Of a DNA stretch of 38,410 nt, positions 1-11,653 are shown one piece after another. How positions within the stretch are numbered: the stretch's first letter is position 1; each line of letters opens with the position of its first letter. This stretch comes from Oopsacas minuta (lineage: Eukaryota; Animalia; Porifera): positions 1-38,410 of the forward strand of contig JAKMXF010000363.1 in the NCBI GenBank assembly GCA_024704765.1, in the 5' to 3' direction. The notes under the pieces were generated by a model. That model did not search any database, was not told the origin of the DNA, and saw nothing but the letters and a program-made list of their open reading frames with translations. The position numbers were made by a program, and so were the translations under genes.

Positions 1-1075
1 CTCAGAAGTTTGTGTCTCTTAAACTTGGAGTTAATATCCGTACAGTTCAGCGTTGGTGGCGACTTTTCAAGAATGATTTGACATTAGAAAACAAAGGGGG
101 ACGTGGCCGTAAATCGTCCATATCGAAAGTTGCCAAGATTGTAATTACTAAATCAATTGGCAAAAAACGACAGTCTGTACGTGGTCTATCCAAGAAATTA
201 AAGTTGAAAGGTCATTCCGTATCTCAGAGTACAGTGTACCGTTATTTGACAAAAGAAAAGGGCGTAAAATCTTACAAATGCCGGCGGCAGCCGTTAATAA
301 CAGAGAAAAACATGGCTGCTAGGTTAAAATTTTGCAAAGAACGTGTCAATTGGACAGCAAATGATTGGAAAAACATAATATTTACAGATGAATCACCGTT
401 TGAGTCAAATCATCCCCCAAACAGGAAAAATGATTGTGTTTGGGCGAGAAACGCATTGGATGTCGAGCCGTTCAGATGGTAAAATTTCCAAAGAAAATTC
501 AAGTATGGGGTATGATGTCACATCGTGCACTGTCGGAGTTACATTTCATTCCCGTTGGACAAACTGTATCTGCAGAGTACTATGTTAGTGAGATACTGGG
601 TAAAACTTTAATGTCTACAATGAACAGAAGCGAGAAAGAGGCACAGTTGTTGAGAGGAAAATGTTAAAAAATATGTCCCGTGCGATATTTCAACAAGATG
701 GCGCTCCAGCTCACACGGCAAACATGACACAAAATTGGTTGAGAAGTAACCTAAAGAGTTTTTGGGCGAAAGGTACCTGGCCAGCCAACTCTCCAGACTT
801 GAGTCCCATTGAGAACATATGGTCGATTTTGAAAGATGATCTAGATTCAATAGGTGAGATAAAAGACATAAAAATGTTGGAAAATCGACTGAAAACAGCA
901 TGGTCCAATATTTCACCAGAGGTTTTGGACAAATTGATGGATGGAATGCCAAAATGAATCCATAAGTGTATTGAACTTAGTGGTGGATATATTGGCAAAT
1001 AATTGTAGTAATATATCTAGTATTCTATTAGTTATGTAATATTGTATAACACGACATCAATTGTGAAACACCCTG
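1..1075 (+). mobile_element. Tc1-like DD37E element; left end lies outside the window
   Basis: Right TIR ...ACGACATCAATTGTGAAACACCCTG ends at 1075 and is followed by TA (1076-77). Its reverse complement (CAGGGTGTTTCACAATTGATGTCGT) resembles the TIR of the 14708-16051 element. Confidence 0.85.
12..957 (+). pseudogene. Tc1-like transposase, DD37E, two frameshifts
   Basis: ORFs 12-482, 434-667 and 661-957 join up: HTH (NIRTVQRW..GRGRK), IIFTDES (D1), IQVWGMMS, IFQQDGAPAH (D2), WPANSPDLSPIENIW (E). I count 37 residues between D2 and E. Confidence 0.9.
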
Positions 1076-1080
1076 TATAG

Positions 1081-2940
1081 CCTATTATTTTCGAATTCAC
1101 TATCTTGTTCGATGTCTCAAGTTGCAAATGCCTAATTCAGGAAGGTAAATGTTTTGCCCTCTCGATAAAAAGATACCACGCCGTGAGTGGCCATTTCTCT
1201 TTTTGATCAGCGAAACTCTCTAAAATTATTTATTTCCAGTTTGGATTGCATGACAACTTCTAAATATATTGTTAAACAAAAAAAAAAGAGGCACAATATG
1301 AAAAAGAAGAAAGGAAAATGAAGAGATTACATGCAGTTCAACCTTCGCAAGAATTTATAGAATGTGACTTTGAAGAGTTTGAATCTTTTGACTTGAGTAC
1401 ATCTAATACTTACAAGTATACACGTAATATAATCAATTACGAAATTTAGCCATAATGTGTGATAGATATTATCAAATTAGCGATCGGGCAGGCGCAGCTA
1501 TAGCTAACGCAGTACTGCAGGATTACGGTATTTCACACAGGAAGAAGATAGTCAAATTATTGATAGAAACAAACTCCGTAGATCTAGATTCTCTGTGAGA
1601 AAGGAATTGGCTAATGAGGCTCACGAAACTATCAACGATATATCTGCAATATATTTTGATGGCCGTAAAGATCAAACTCGAGTACTGGTAGAAAGAGAAG
1701 TTGGACATTTGCATCAGGATACTGTAAATGAAGAACATTATACTGTGTTGTCTGAACCGGGGAATCAGTATGTTGCCCATATAACACCAAGTTCTGGTAA
1801 AGCCAAAGACATAGCAAGGGAATTGACTGATCTTTGCAGGGAGCGTAATTTAAATTTAATGGCAGTTGGAACTGATGGAGCTCGTGTTAACACTGGAATC
1901 TACAATGGGTGTATTAGATTACTTGAATTAGAGTTCACAAAACCACTCCACTGGTTTATTTACCAATTACATGCGAATGAACTTCCATTGAGGCATCTCA
2001 TTCAAATAATAGATAGAAAAACCAGTGGACCCAATTCTTTTAAAGGAGTAATTGGTAAAGAACTTAATTGTGATTTTACTTGCAAACCAATTGCAGCGTA
2101 TCGTCCTTTATGCGGTAAAACTCAACTTATTGATTGCGATATCCTCAAAAATTTAAATAAAGATCAGAAATATCTATATAATATCAGTCATGCAGTTCAG
2201 AATGGTATTTGCTCATCTGAACTGGCATCGATGCAACCTGGTCCTATACATCATGGTAGATGGACAACACTGGCCAACAGATTACTTAGGTCGTACATTC
2301 TACGATACATCCCACACCTGAATTATCCCGACTTGTCAATTTTATTGTCAATTATTATGCACCAGTTTGGTTTAGAATCAAGAGTAACCTGATTCGCACA
2401 GACGGAGCTAAAAATATTTTTTTGTGATATCTTTGCTGCGAGATCTATCGGAGTCTGACCAAGAAGTAATTTGTGATGTGATCAGAGAAACTCATATTTT
2501 TGTCATCCAAAAAATCCCCTGTTATCGATGCTTGCAGATAATGATGAACAAATTAGACATAAGGCAGTGAAGACTATTTTAGATATGCGAATTAACAGTT
2601 CATCATTTAGACCGATTGAAATTCGCCCATTTAATCTTCCTTCAATAAGGTTCACTGCTGAAACATATGTAAATATGATTGATTGCGAAACCTCCTTTAT
2701 CACTGAACCGCCTTTTACAAGATATCTCACAAAAGAAGTACTAATTAATTGTCTACGTGCTCCACTAGAAATTCCAGCACATCTATGTCATACACAAGCT
2801 GTTGAGAGAACTATTCAATTAGTCACTAAAAGTTCGTGTTCAGTAACAGGAGAGATGCGAGACATGGATTAATTCTTTCAACCCTAACATCAAGAGAAAA
2901 AATGTCCGCATTTGAGTCAAAGAAAGATTATGCAAGTTAA
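1081..2940 (+). pseudogene. hAT-like (probably hATm-type) transposase remnant, frameshifted
   Basis: Motifs across frames: LFDVSSCKC..C.CPLDKKIP..EW.FL.DQR (~1105-1215), MCDRYYQISDRAGAAIANAVLQDYG (~1455), YFDGRKD, GTDG..VNTG, LHANELPLRHL, KDQKYL, RWTTLANR.LR.Y, HLCHTQAVERTIQLVT, ending ..SKKDYAS* at 2940. No TIRs seen. The hATm label is from recalled family motifs. Confidence 0.75.
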
Positions 2941-3049
2941 ATATACTTGATATAACATAATTGAATCATATACCCCGATAGATAAAAAAGCTAATAATTT
3001 TCAAATATTCGAAAAAAAGGGGGGTGAGTATAATATTAGAGTATGATAT

Positions 3050-3776
3050 AATATGCCAAGAAACTCTTGGAAACTTATGAGAACTGCGATTCTAGACGCC
3101 TAACAGAGATTATTACTGGTGACGAGACATGGGTATACTATTCAACACCATATAGCAAGTATAAGAAGCGATCATGGGTGAGGGGCGACGAACAACTGGC
3201 AAAAATTCCTAGGCCCGACTTCAGAAAACCTAAGATCATGTATACCATCTTCTTCAGTAGTCATGGAATTGTCTTGCAATTACCTTGTGAGAGTGGCAAG
3301 GCTGTTACTGCTACTTTCTTTACAGAGCAAGTGCTTCCAAATTTGATAAAAAATATAGAAAAGTACCGCCCGAAAACCGGAACTCGAGGAATGAAGATTT
3401 TAATTGATAACGCCAGTTTCCATACAGCTAAGCTTACTAAAGATTTCTTGGATGTAGAAGGGTTAGAATTACTTCCCCATCCACCATACTCACCAGACCT
3501 AGCTCCGTGTGATTTTTCGCTATTCCTCAAGCTTAAAATCTACCTTCAAGGCAAAGACTTTAGCACATTACAAGCACTCGGAACGGGCCTGTACCAGTAC
3601 ATCAATCCATCCCCGAAGAAGAGTAGAGAAATGTGTTTTACAAGTGGGTGGAAAGGTTATAACTTTGTGTATCTGCAGGAGGCGATTACTTTGAATAAAT
3701 AATATAGTAAATTAGTGTGTATAGTGTTTGTATCATATTCTATGACATCACCAGCAAGACTTATTGAACGCCCTAG
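3050..3776 (+). mobile_element. 5'-truncated mariner (DD34D) element
   Basis: Right TIR-like CTTATTGAACGCCCTAG ends at 3776 and is followed by TA. It contains the catalytic-domain ORF 3067-3702. Confidence 0.8.
3067..3702 (+). pseudogene. mariner transposase catalytic domain (N-terminal HTH missing)
   Basis: IITGDETW (D1), LIDNA (D2), HPPYSPDLAPCDF (D3), with 34 residues between D2 and D3. C-terminal frameshift. Confidence 0.92.
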
Positions 3777-4034
3777 TAGCAGCCAAGAAAATGTTGTTGG
3801 TCAGTGTTATTGTATTAGTATATATAATCCTATAGCATACAAATCGCGTTCTTGTACTATCATTAAATTATGCAATAATCCCAGCATCAGGAAATTAAGG
3901 CCATAGCTTACGAAATACTTAATTATTACTACCCATAATGCAAATTTTCGATAAGCATAAATAAAACAAGGTAACGTATCTAACATAATAAGTTTGAAAC
4001 TGTGTGTTCGCGAATACACAAAAGTTTCAAATAC

Positions 4035-5446
4035 ACTGCAACATAACCACTCTTCTGCTGTATAGCAGCCTTGAGGCATCTGGGAACGTTCTCAACTGAA
4101 ATATGTAACGTTTCCAACGGAATGTTGGCCGATTCATGCAACAAAATTACTTCAAAGAGTCCAAATTACGATGAGGTTTAGAGTACGCATTTTTCTCAAA
4201 AATTGACAAATAGCAAAGTCCAGCGGATCCAGACTGGACTTGAGGGGGTAGGCCATTCTTCCTTAGACAAAATCCGGGAATATCATCAGAAAGTCACTCC
4301 TAAGTGTTTCTAGTTGTGTGTATAGGAGCACCATCCTGTTAGAAGAAACGCGCGATTATTGAACATTGTTTCTTCAAGTTATATGTTTTACATGAAACAA
4401 AATAATCTCTTTGTAAATGTCTATTTTGATATTGACCCCAAGGGGGACGAAAACTAAAGGTCTCCGGCTCTCAAAAGAAATCCTTGTCTAAATCATTATA
4501 GGTCGTATTTTCTGGACTCACTTTACCAATCGATGGTCCTCAGGGAATAAGATACCATCGTAATAAAATTCAGTCCTTTGTTTGTTAAAGCCTCTTCTAC
4601 GGTAAACCATTTCTCATCTGAGAACACAACTTTATCGAGGCTCACAGTAGCGTATCGATTCAAGAAGCCTCTGCTTCTTGCGAGTCTCTTCCCCTGAATT
4701 GATTGAGAAAGGAAGTTGACTGGCTTTCTCTTGAAAGAAAACATGCCTAAATCCTTTTTCACAATAGTTCGAAGAGATTCAAGGAGAAATTTCAGTTCTA
4801 AGGTCATTTTCCTTATACACAGTCGGAGATTTCGCCATATTCGACTCCACACCGAGTATTTCGTCCATTTTGAAGTTGAAGACACTGGACGACCAAATAA
4901 GGCTTGTCATTCGTACTATCTGTCTCACAATATCGCTTGATAGTGCGATAAACGAACTTCCTATGCTTCTGAGAGATTCTTAATGCCATTATGATTTCAC
5001 TTGGACTCTTCGCTCATAAACAGGGCGGGAACCAGTAATGGTGTTAACAGTGCTGTTAACAACAAATGTAAGATTGCAGCTGTTAACAGCTATCGGTAAA
5101 TACAACTTATTTCTACCTGTTCTTCCATCTATCTATCATCAAAATCTGTATATCTGAGAGAATTTCTTCAAAAAGTAGCTATCATATCAGTAAAGCATCA
5201 TTTTGCTATAACTTTGCCCTGGTGACTCCTGTGTTATTATTGCCGCCATATTGCATTCTGAATTTTCAAGGAACAAAGACAGCTATAACCAAAAGCTGGA
5301 ATATCGAAATTTGGCAAAGATATATATGGGAATCGTGGTTGCAAAAGCTTGGCGGTTAACAGCTAACAACAAAACTTGCTGTTAACAGCAATTTCACCAC
5401 CCTTGGTCATAAAAAATAATATTACTGATGTCCGCTCCTTCTCTAT
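4035..5446 (-). pseudogene. maT-type (DD37D-like) transposase, heavily decayed and interrupted by a hAT MITE
   Basis: Minus strand: (I)EKERTSVIL at ~5446, then the MITE, then FVYRTIKRY, VVFSDEKWFTVEE (ORF 4523-4885), LVFVP.GVNI, QDGAPIHT, SKEEWP.PSSP..DPLDFAI and KAAIQQKSGY (~4040). A degenerate TIR-like end may lie at ~5584-5607. Confidence 0.85.
5021..5405. mobile_element. non-autonomous hAT-type MITE
   Basis: Termini CAGGGCGG... and ...CCACCCTTG. 8-bp TSD ctcataaa (5013-20) / gtcataaa (5406-13). Subterminal GCTGTTAACAGC palindromes at both ends. Confidence 0.75.
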
Positions 5447-6344
5447 TATAAAAATGATGCCAAATTCTAGGTCAGGATCCTTATCTAATAATAAGATTGT
5501 CTTATGCGATGCTTAGTAATATGTGAAAAATATATAGCATTAGGAATCGTGCGTATGTTGAAACAATCTTGATAGGTTCAAATGGGACAAAGCTATTACT
5601 CATTCTGTAAATCTGTAAAAAGCTATTAATCACTATCAGGTAAATTGCACTCCATCAATGCACATTAGGAACATGCCTACCACATTGATATTAGAGAATA
5701 TATTCTTCAATCTCTAGTATCTACTAAAATTGTTACTCTCCATTTTTCAAAGTGTTTTATGGCTCAATTGATAACAGAGTCAAGTAATACCCTCTGAAAG
5801 CACGGAGTATGCTCTGCCGAAACTGTTGCTCAAAGGTAGTGGAGCATAGTGTATCTTTAACTCCTCGTTTAGTTGAACTGTTTAAAACAAATTTAAAGAA
5901 TGTGTTGTCGCTCAAACATGCTACTTCCGAATATATGTGTAACTGGTGCATTATGGGTGGAGAAATCCAGTAACAATAATTTTCACGGGAAGAGACCCAA
6001 TTCTTTCAATGGAATACTCCAGTTAAAATACTCGGTTAAATTCCTGCTGTGTCAAATCGCTGCGTGTTATGTGTACAGAAGCTTACCGATTTGGTCCAAA
6101 AAGCGAGCACACCCCTCAATCAAACATAGTTCAGTTGGTAGACCACTAGAGAACTCCCACAACAAGCAAATGAGGTAATGGACGCGAGTGTCTTGCATCC
6201 AACACAAGTTAAAATATTAGGGTTCATCTAGGGAAGAAAAATTAAATATCTGTTTTAGATAACACTGAAAGCGTCTCAGAATGTGGTAAGAGTAGTTTGG
6301 GGATAGATTTTCCACCTCTAAAAGGTTGATGTCCACTTCATATA

Positions 6345-6856
6345 CAGAATAACCTCTAAAAGTAGGATAGGTGTGGCCGGAGAGTTACCATAAACTCCCA
6401 CATTCCCCACTGGTAATTGTAGTAGTAATTGAGCGTACCTTGGATGGATAACCTGGATATCCGAACACATTTCGCAAATATAGTGTAACAATCGTCGTAA
6501 ATGAAAGTTTGGCAGCTATTATCCATGTATGAATTGTTACCATGAATTAATCGTCTAGCCCAAATTGTGATAATAGCTAGGATACGTCTAAAACTTGTGG
6601 TCTCGACTAATTTTTGTTATATATTATCAAATTTCTTGTAAATCAAGCATAAATATTGAGATTTCATGTATTTAACCACAAAAATCCCACTTACAGAGGT
6701 GAATTTCAATGAGATAAAGTATTGCTAGTTTCAAACTGCCCCTATTCCCCACTTGCAGAGGTAGATTCGTATGTGAAATTGCGAACACACTCTCTAAAAC
6801 CCCCACTTATAGCCTTTCTCCCGCATATAGAGACCCCATTTATAGAGGTTGTGCTA
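6345..6856. mobile_element. TA-flanked MITE (pogo/Tc1-like TIR) with internal TIR-core repeats
   Basis: Left TA|CAGAATAACCTCTAAAAGT; right reverse complement TAGCACAACCTCTATAAATGG, followed by TA. CCCACTTRYAGAGGT-like copies at ~6686, 6748, 6802 and 6836. A second copy of its left part is at 30941. Confidence 0.7.
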
Positions 6857-7253
6857 TATTAGCTAATTCAAGTTCTCTTTCTCCTACAAATGTCTATTTG
6901 GCCTGACTTCGGTGACCTAATGGACAATTAAAGTCAAAAGAAATAAGAATCTGAAATCGAGCATAACTTTCGGAACAGAAAATCTATCCACAGTTTGGGA
7001 TAAAACATTGTTTACCGCTCAAATGGTTGGACAATATCTAGAAGTTGTCAAGATGAATCTAGACATCTTCAAATATAAGGAATTAAAATATGTGGTCAGT
7101 TTGGAAATGATTCGCCACTGATACCTCTGGGCTTCTATATTCTGCCCTAGATTATGGTTTGAATTCAAAGTTTTCCCCACAGTTGATTTGATAACCGCAT
7201 TGATAGCATTTGGCATTATGCCGGGTCTACACCCATGCCCGTATACTTGGGAT

Positions 7254-7380
7254 CTGTGGCGTACCCAGCTCTTTCAATCGGGTGGGTCCACATCCCCATA
7301 CTATGGTGTGAGATTTTAGAAAGGTTTATGGTTAGAAAATTTCGGGGGTCATTGCCTCCTTGACCTAGGGTACGCTACCG
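7254..7380. mobile_element. 127-bp hAT-type MITE
   Basis: TIRs CTGTGGCGTACCCAG / rc CGGTAGCGTACCCTAG. 8-bp TSD cttgggat (7246-53) / cttaggat (7381-88). GC-rich relative to its flanks. Confidence 0.8.
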
Positions 7381-8852
7381 CTTAGGATGAAAGAGACAAT
7401 TGTATTAGCTATTTGTGATGAGCACGATAGTGCAAAGGAAAATGCAAAACTATGTAAAGAGAGTGACAACCTCAAAGTACTGGATTATCACAGCACGGGA
7501 ACAGGGATCTCTTTATCTTCCAGAGTTGCATGTCACATGTGCGACATAATCTTTTGATAGTACGTATATTATTGTCGATAAAAAACTAAATAACTTGAAT
7601 AAAATTTAAGTAAGAAGAAATATAATTAAGCGGAGAGGGATAATGTACATGTTCAAGTAACAAGAAATAAATAGTTTCGAGGAACTGTATAATATAATCA
7701 AAACACCAGTTGGAGCGGATAGCCAGGAAATTGATCATAATGAAGTTGAAATTTGGTCGAATACTTGAAATGTTGGAATTTGATCAAAAATATTGTTGAA
7801 GCTGGAATCTGGTAGGAAGTATCTGTACTACAGATTAGATATTACTCCTTTCATTAGGAATCCAATGACCTGAAATCTCCCAGGCACCTGCAAGGGTCAT
7901 TTTCTTGTAAATTCAACAAAAACATATACCTTGCATCTAGTATTTCCCTTAATTTATGACCTAGGACACTCCAGTTACTCCTTTCTCGTCATGAATCCAA
8001 GAAACCATCTTCAATCGTCAGACTGTTTCAGAACCTCTTTCGATAGAATTTTGTATCATTTTCCAACTTTTCCAATCGATCAAATTCCAACTTCAGTTAT
8101 CGAACATATTCCGCTTTCGCGTTGGAGCCACCCGTGTGTATAGAAAATAAGTAGGTAATGTGTCACAATGGCAGAGTGCACCACATAATTTATACTACCA
8201 ATTATATAAAACAGTCCTTTGATTTGGAAACTGTCCTGTATTCAAAATATAGGTTAGCCAAATTTTTTGTAGTCATCATATTTGTAAAATAATAGGTTGT
8301 ACCATAGCCTACTTTAAATACTGCTAGACATGCCGCATAAACATTGAAAAAATCGGAGTCCGGTTTACTACCTGCATTTTAGATCTAATATGCTTCTTAC
8401 TTTCTATATATTCAACTTTCCTCAGGATTCTATATGTGATGAATCTTTTGCGACTACCTATGAAGTTCTCAGTAACCTAATATGTGATTTAGGCGCCATT
8501 AAGATTATGACATCAGCATATTTTAAATTGAGTATTTTAAGCATGCATTTTTTTACATAAAGTTATACATTGTATAATTTTCTGGTAGACATGTTTGAAT
8601 TCGTTAATACCTGCACAACTTAACATACTAATTATAGATTACTCAATACAACTAGTCACCTTCCATAACCATATAAAAATAAGTCCAGTGTTTAATTATT
8701 ATGGAACCAGAACTGTCAACAATTCACATATCTATTAGTGTAAATATGGTGTTAATTGTAACAGGTTTTTATCTTAGTTCCTAAATTTGAATATAGTTAA
8801 TTACTGAAGCCCTTTTATTCATCTATAGTAATTACTTAGTTAGTATATTCTT

Positions 8853-9900
8853 ATGCTTAATAAATGCGAGGTGTTGGGTGTCGTGTCGGCTATTCTGGCG
8901 GTCGAAGGAAGCACTTATTTCAATTCCCAAATAAGTTTTCTCTACAGGAAAGGTGGATCGAGTTCTTAAATAGAATAAATTACTCCTCAACTTCAAATTC
9001 AACTATATGTATAGATCATTTTGAAGGAAAGTATATAGTCCAGCATTCCAACAGACCGCAACTCAACTATTTACCAGATCCTATTCCTTCTATTCATCCA
9101 TTATCTATCCCCAAGAGTCAAAGAGTGATACCACACAAACATAGAAAACCTCCTGTCCAAAGCATCTATAAAGATGAACTCCCTTCATTTAAAGCTAAAT
9201 TCAAATTTGATACTCTGCAAGATATATCCTTATTCCTAACCACTTCCAATGAGACAAAGAATTGAAGATAGACATCAACGAGTCTCATATTGTAGCATAC
9301 CCTCCTAATATTGAGTCTGGGATTGTGGTGGTCAAGGAATGTATATATATCGAACAAAATTTTAATCTGCAGCTTAGCTATGAGGAGATTCCCCTTCCAG
9401 TCCCAGCATATATTAGGTAATTTCCTTTCTGTCAAGTTCGATCACTTGACATGCTAACTAACCTCTACCCTATTACTCGGTTCTTCGTCCTGGCAACAAT
9501 AAACAATCTGTTCCCTTAGCATTAACTATTTTCGAACCTACCACAACTACGGCACTTCTCCAGTACATTCCCAACCATACAGTCACGCCAGAATTTCTGA
9601 AACTCTTTCATTCATGGTGGCTGATAGTTAATGCAAAGGAAAGGTTTCATCCTAATCCTGTCGGTAGCTACCTGACATCGAATGACCGATAAAATCGTTA
9701 TCTACGTAAAATGAATGAGTGGTTTATCGAATGGAGAGATTCAAACGGACATTCAATGCTCTAATTTGTATTAATAATGTTATAGCCGACTTGATTAGTG
9801 ATTTGCTAGAGAGTGGCTATCAATTTGTTCTATCCGGAAAATTGAAAACAAATCCAAACAGATTCAAATTTGCAATTAGGAAAAATACGATCAACAGTTA
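8853..9900 (+). pseudogene. THAP-domain P-element-like transposase remnant, internally deleted
   Basis: ATG at 8853 plus one frameshift gives MLNKCEVLGCRVGY..LFQFP..W..ICIDHF..PIPSI (C2CH THAP signature). Then EIPLPVP.Y.R..FCQVRSLDMLTN (~9385-9460) and C-terminal FNALICINNVIADLISDLLESGYQFVLSGKLKTNP (~9750-9860). No TIRs identified. Confidence 0.8.
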
Positions 9901-10507
9901 ACGTGATTCGATAAATCCATAGAAATCACCTTTCCTCATTTCTGCTAATAATAAGATATATTAATTCAGAATAAAAATCCCATGAAAAGTGTTTGGTGAC
10001 TCAAAAATAATACTAGCTATGAAGCTGTGACCCGCTAATAAGACCCCAAACAATATGTATCACTAACGCAAAGATTGTGCAGGTCCTTAGGAAGTCGCCT
10101 TTCTACTGCGATATAGGCGATTTTGTATGATTTTTGTAGATTCCGTTTCTAATCCAGGCCTAAAAGGACATTTCTTCGATTCTGGTAGGATACCTTAATC
10201 ATAATTCTTAGAAAATTGATACTTTCATTTGCGGTTGGAATAATGTATCGGGAACCGATTTTCTCTAGACCAAGTCAATGATTCAAAAATGGTATCGATA
10301 AATGTTAGAATGTACCAGCAATAAGTTACTTCAAATTCATTTACACAAAAGACAAAATATAAATCCATTAAATATTCATTTTATGTATGACAGAGATTGT
10401 AAATTATCAGTTGGGACTAAGCCGGAAATTCAAAGTTCAAAGGTTTGTTATGTAAAGTAAATGCTAGAATAAGTTTAGGATTGTATGAAGTATGATAATA
10501 ATAAGTA

Positions 10508-11061
10508 CATTCCCAAGACAAAAGTATTCGTGCCCCACTAAATAGCCATGTACTGATTGTGCCATTTATCGACTACTATTCAGTGGGGAGCTAAGATGCG
10601 AAATGAAATATAAAGTTTGTGCTAGCATAAACTTGAGTGAAATTTGTATTTTTGACATTCCATGAGCTATTAACATATTAAGAATATAATGAGCTAATTA
10701 TATACTGGAAACAAGATATCAACAAATATATTGCATTTATTTGAAATCTCACTGCATAATTGGAATCTACATCCATGAATTACCCCAGAACCAAATTTTC
10801 TAAATATTAACAAAATTTCCTGATAGGTTATGGTTATTATTCATTTTGTGCCACTTGTGTCATAAGTGGTATAAGTGACAGAAATATATGTCATTAACTG
10901 GAAAATATTTTATGATGACTTTGAATGATATATTTCCTCACAAATTCATGATAATAAAGTTGTTAAGGCAAATTTCTGATTATATAATTGTAATTTATGT
11001 CTCTCTGCCACCTGTGCCACTTAGCATTTATTGGTGTTCCAATACTTTAGGAGAGGTAGTA
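10508..11061. mobile_element. ~550-bp Tc1-type MITE, copy 1
   Basis: TA|CATTCCCAAGACAAAAGTATTCG at the left and GGTGTTCCAATACTTTAGGAGAGGTAGTA|TA at the right. Its reverse complement aligns end to end by eye with 29039-29589. Confidence 0.85.
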
Positions 11062-11137
11062 TACATATATCGATTAATGATGATTAAAAAAAAGAATTTT
11101 GTAGTTATCATATATGAATAACATGAACAATCAAATA

Positions 11138-11212
11138 CAGTATAACGTCGTTTTGCGCGGGATGTTTTATGCGGAAAAATATTTTAAGATAAAACCTTGT
11201 AATACGCGGTCT
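11138..11212 (+). repeat. solo pogo/Tigger-like terminal fragment
   Basis: TA|CAGTATAACGTCGTTTTGCGCGG followed by TTTTATGCGG and AATACGCGG repeats. No partner end found. Confidence 0.35.
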
Positions 11213-11435
11213 TCACTCGTTTCACACGATTTATCTATGTATATTATACAAATGATTATCATATTTCGAAATTATAAATGATTGTGAGGTGAAATCAGAA
11301 TTCTATTTCTGTGAGATCTAATAACTAATTATGGCCATGAAAGTATTGTGATTACCCTATCTCAGTTCCTTATTGAGTTAGAACTGAGTGATTTTCAACG
11401 GAGTATATCAAAGTTTAACTATTTGCTATCTCCAC

Positions 11436-11653
11436 CAGTGCTCGATAAATCTGGTGGTTTGGTGGCAACAGCCATCAAAATGTATCGATAAGCCACCAAT
11501 TTCCTGGGCGTGGTGGCTAAATATACCACTAGACAATAATAAATAGTGGTATATTTCTACGACGTACTTGAAATTTGGAGACTATTAGCCACACGAAATA
11601 TTTAATCGTGGTTAAGATAGCCACCTATCAAATTCTGATTTTGTCAAGCACTT
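11436..11653. mobile_element. 218-bp hAT-type MITE
   Basis: TIRs CAGTGCTCGATAAATC / rc AAGTGCTTGACAAAATC. 8-bp TSD atctccac (11428-35) / atctcaac (11654-61). Internal GGTGG/GCCACC repeats. Confidence 0.8.
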
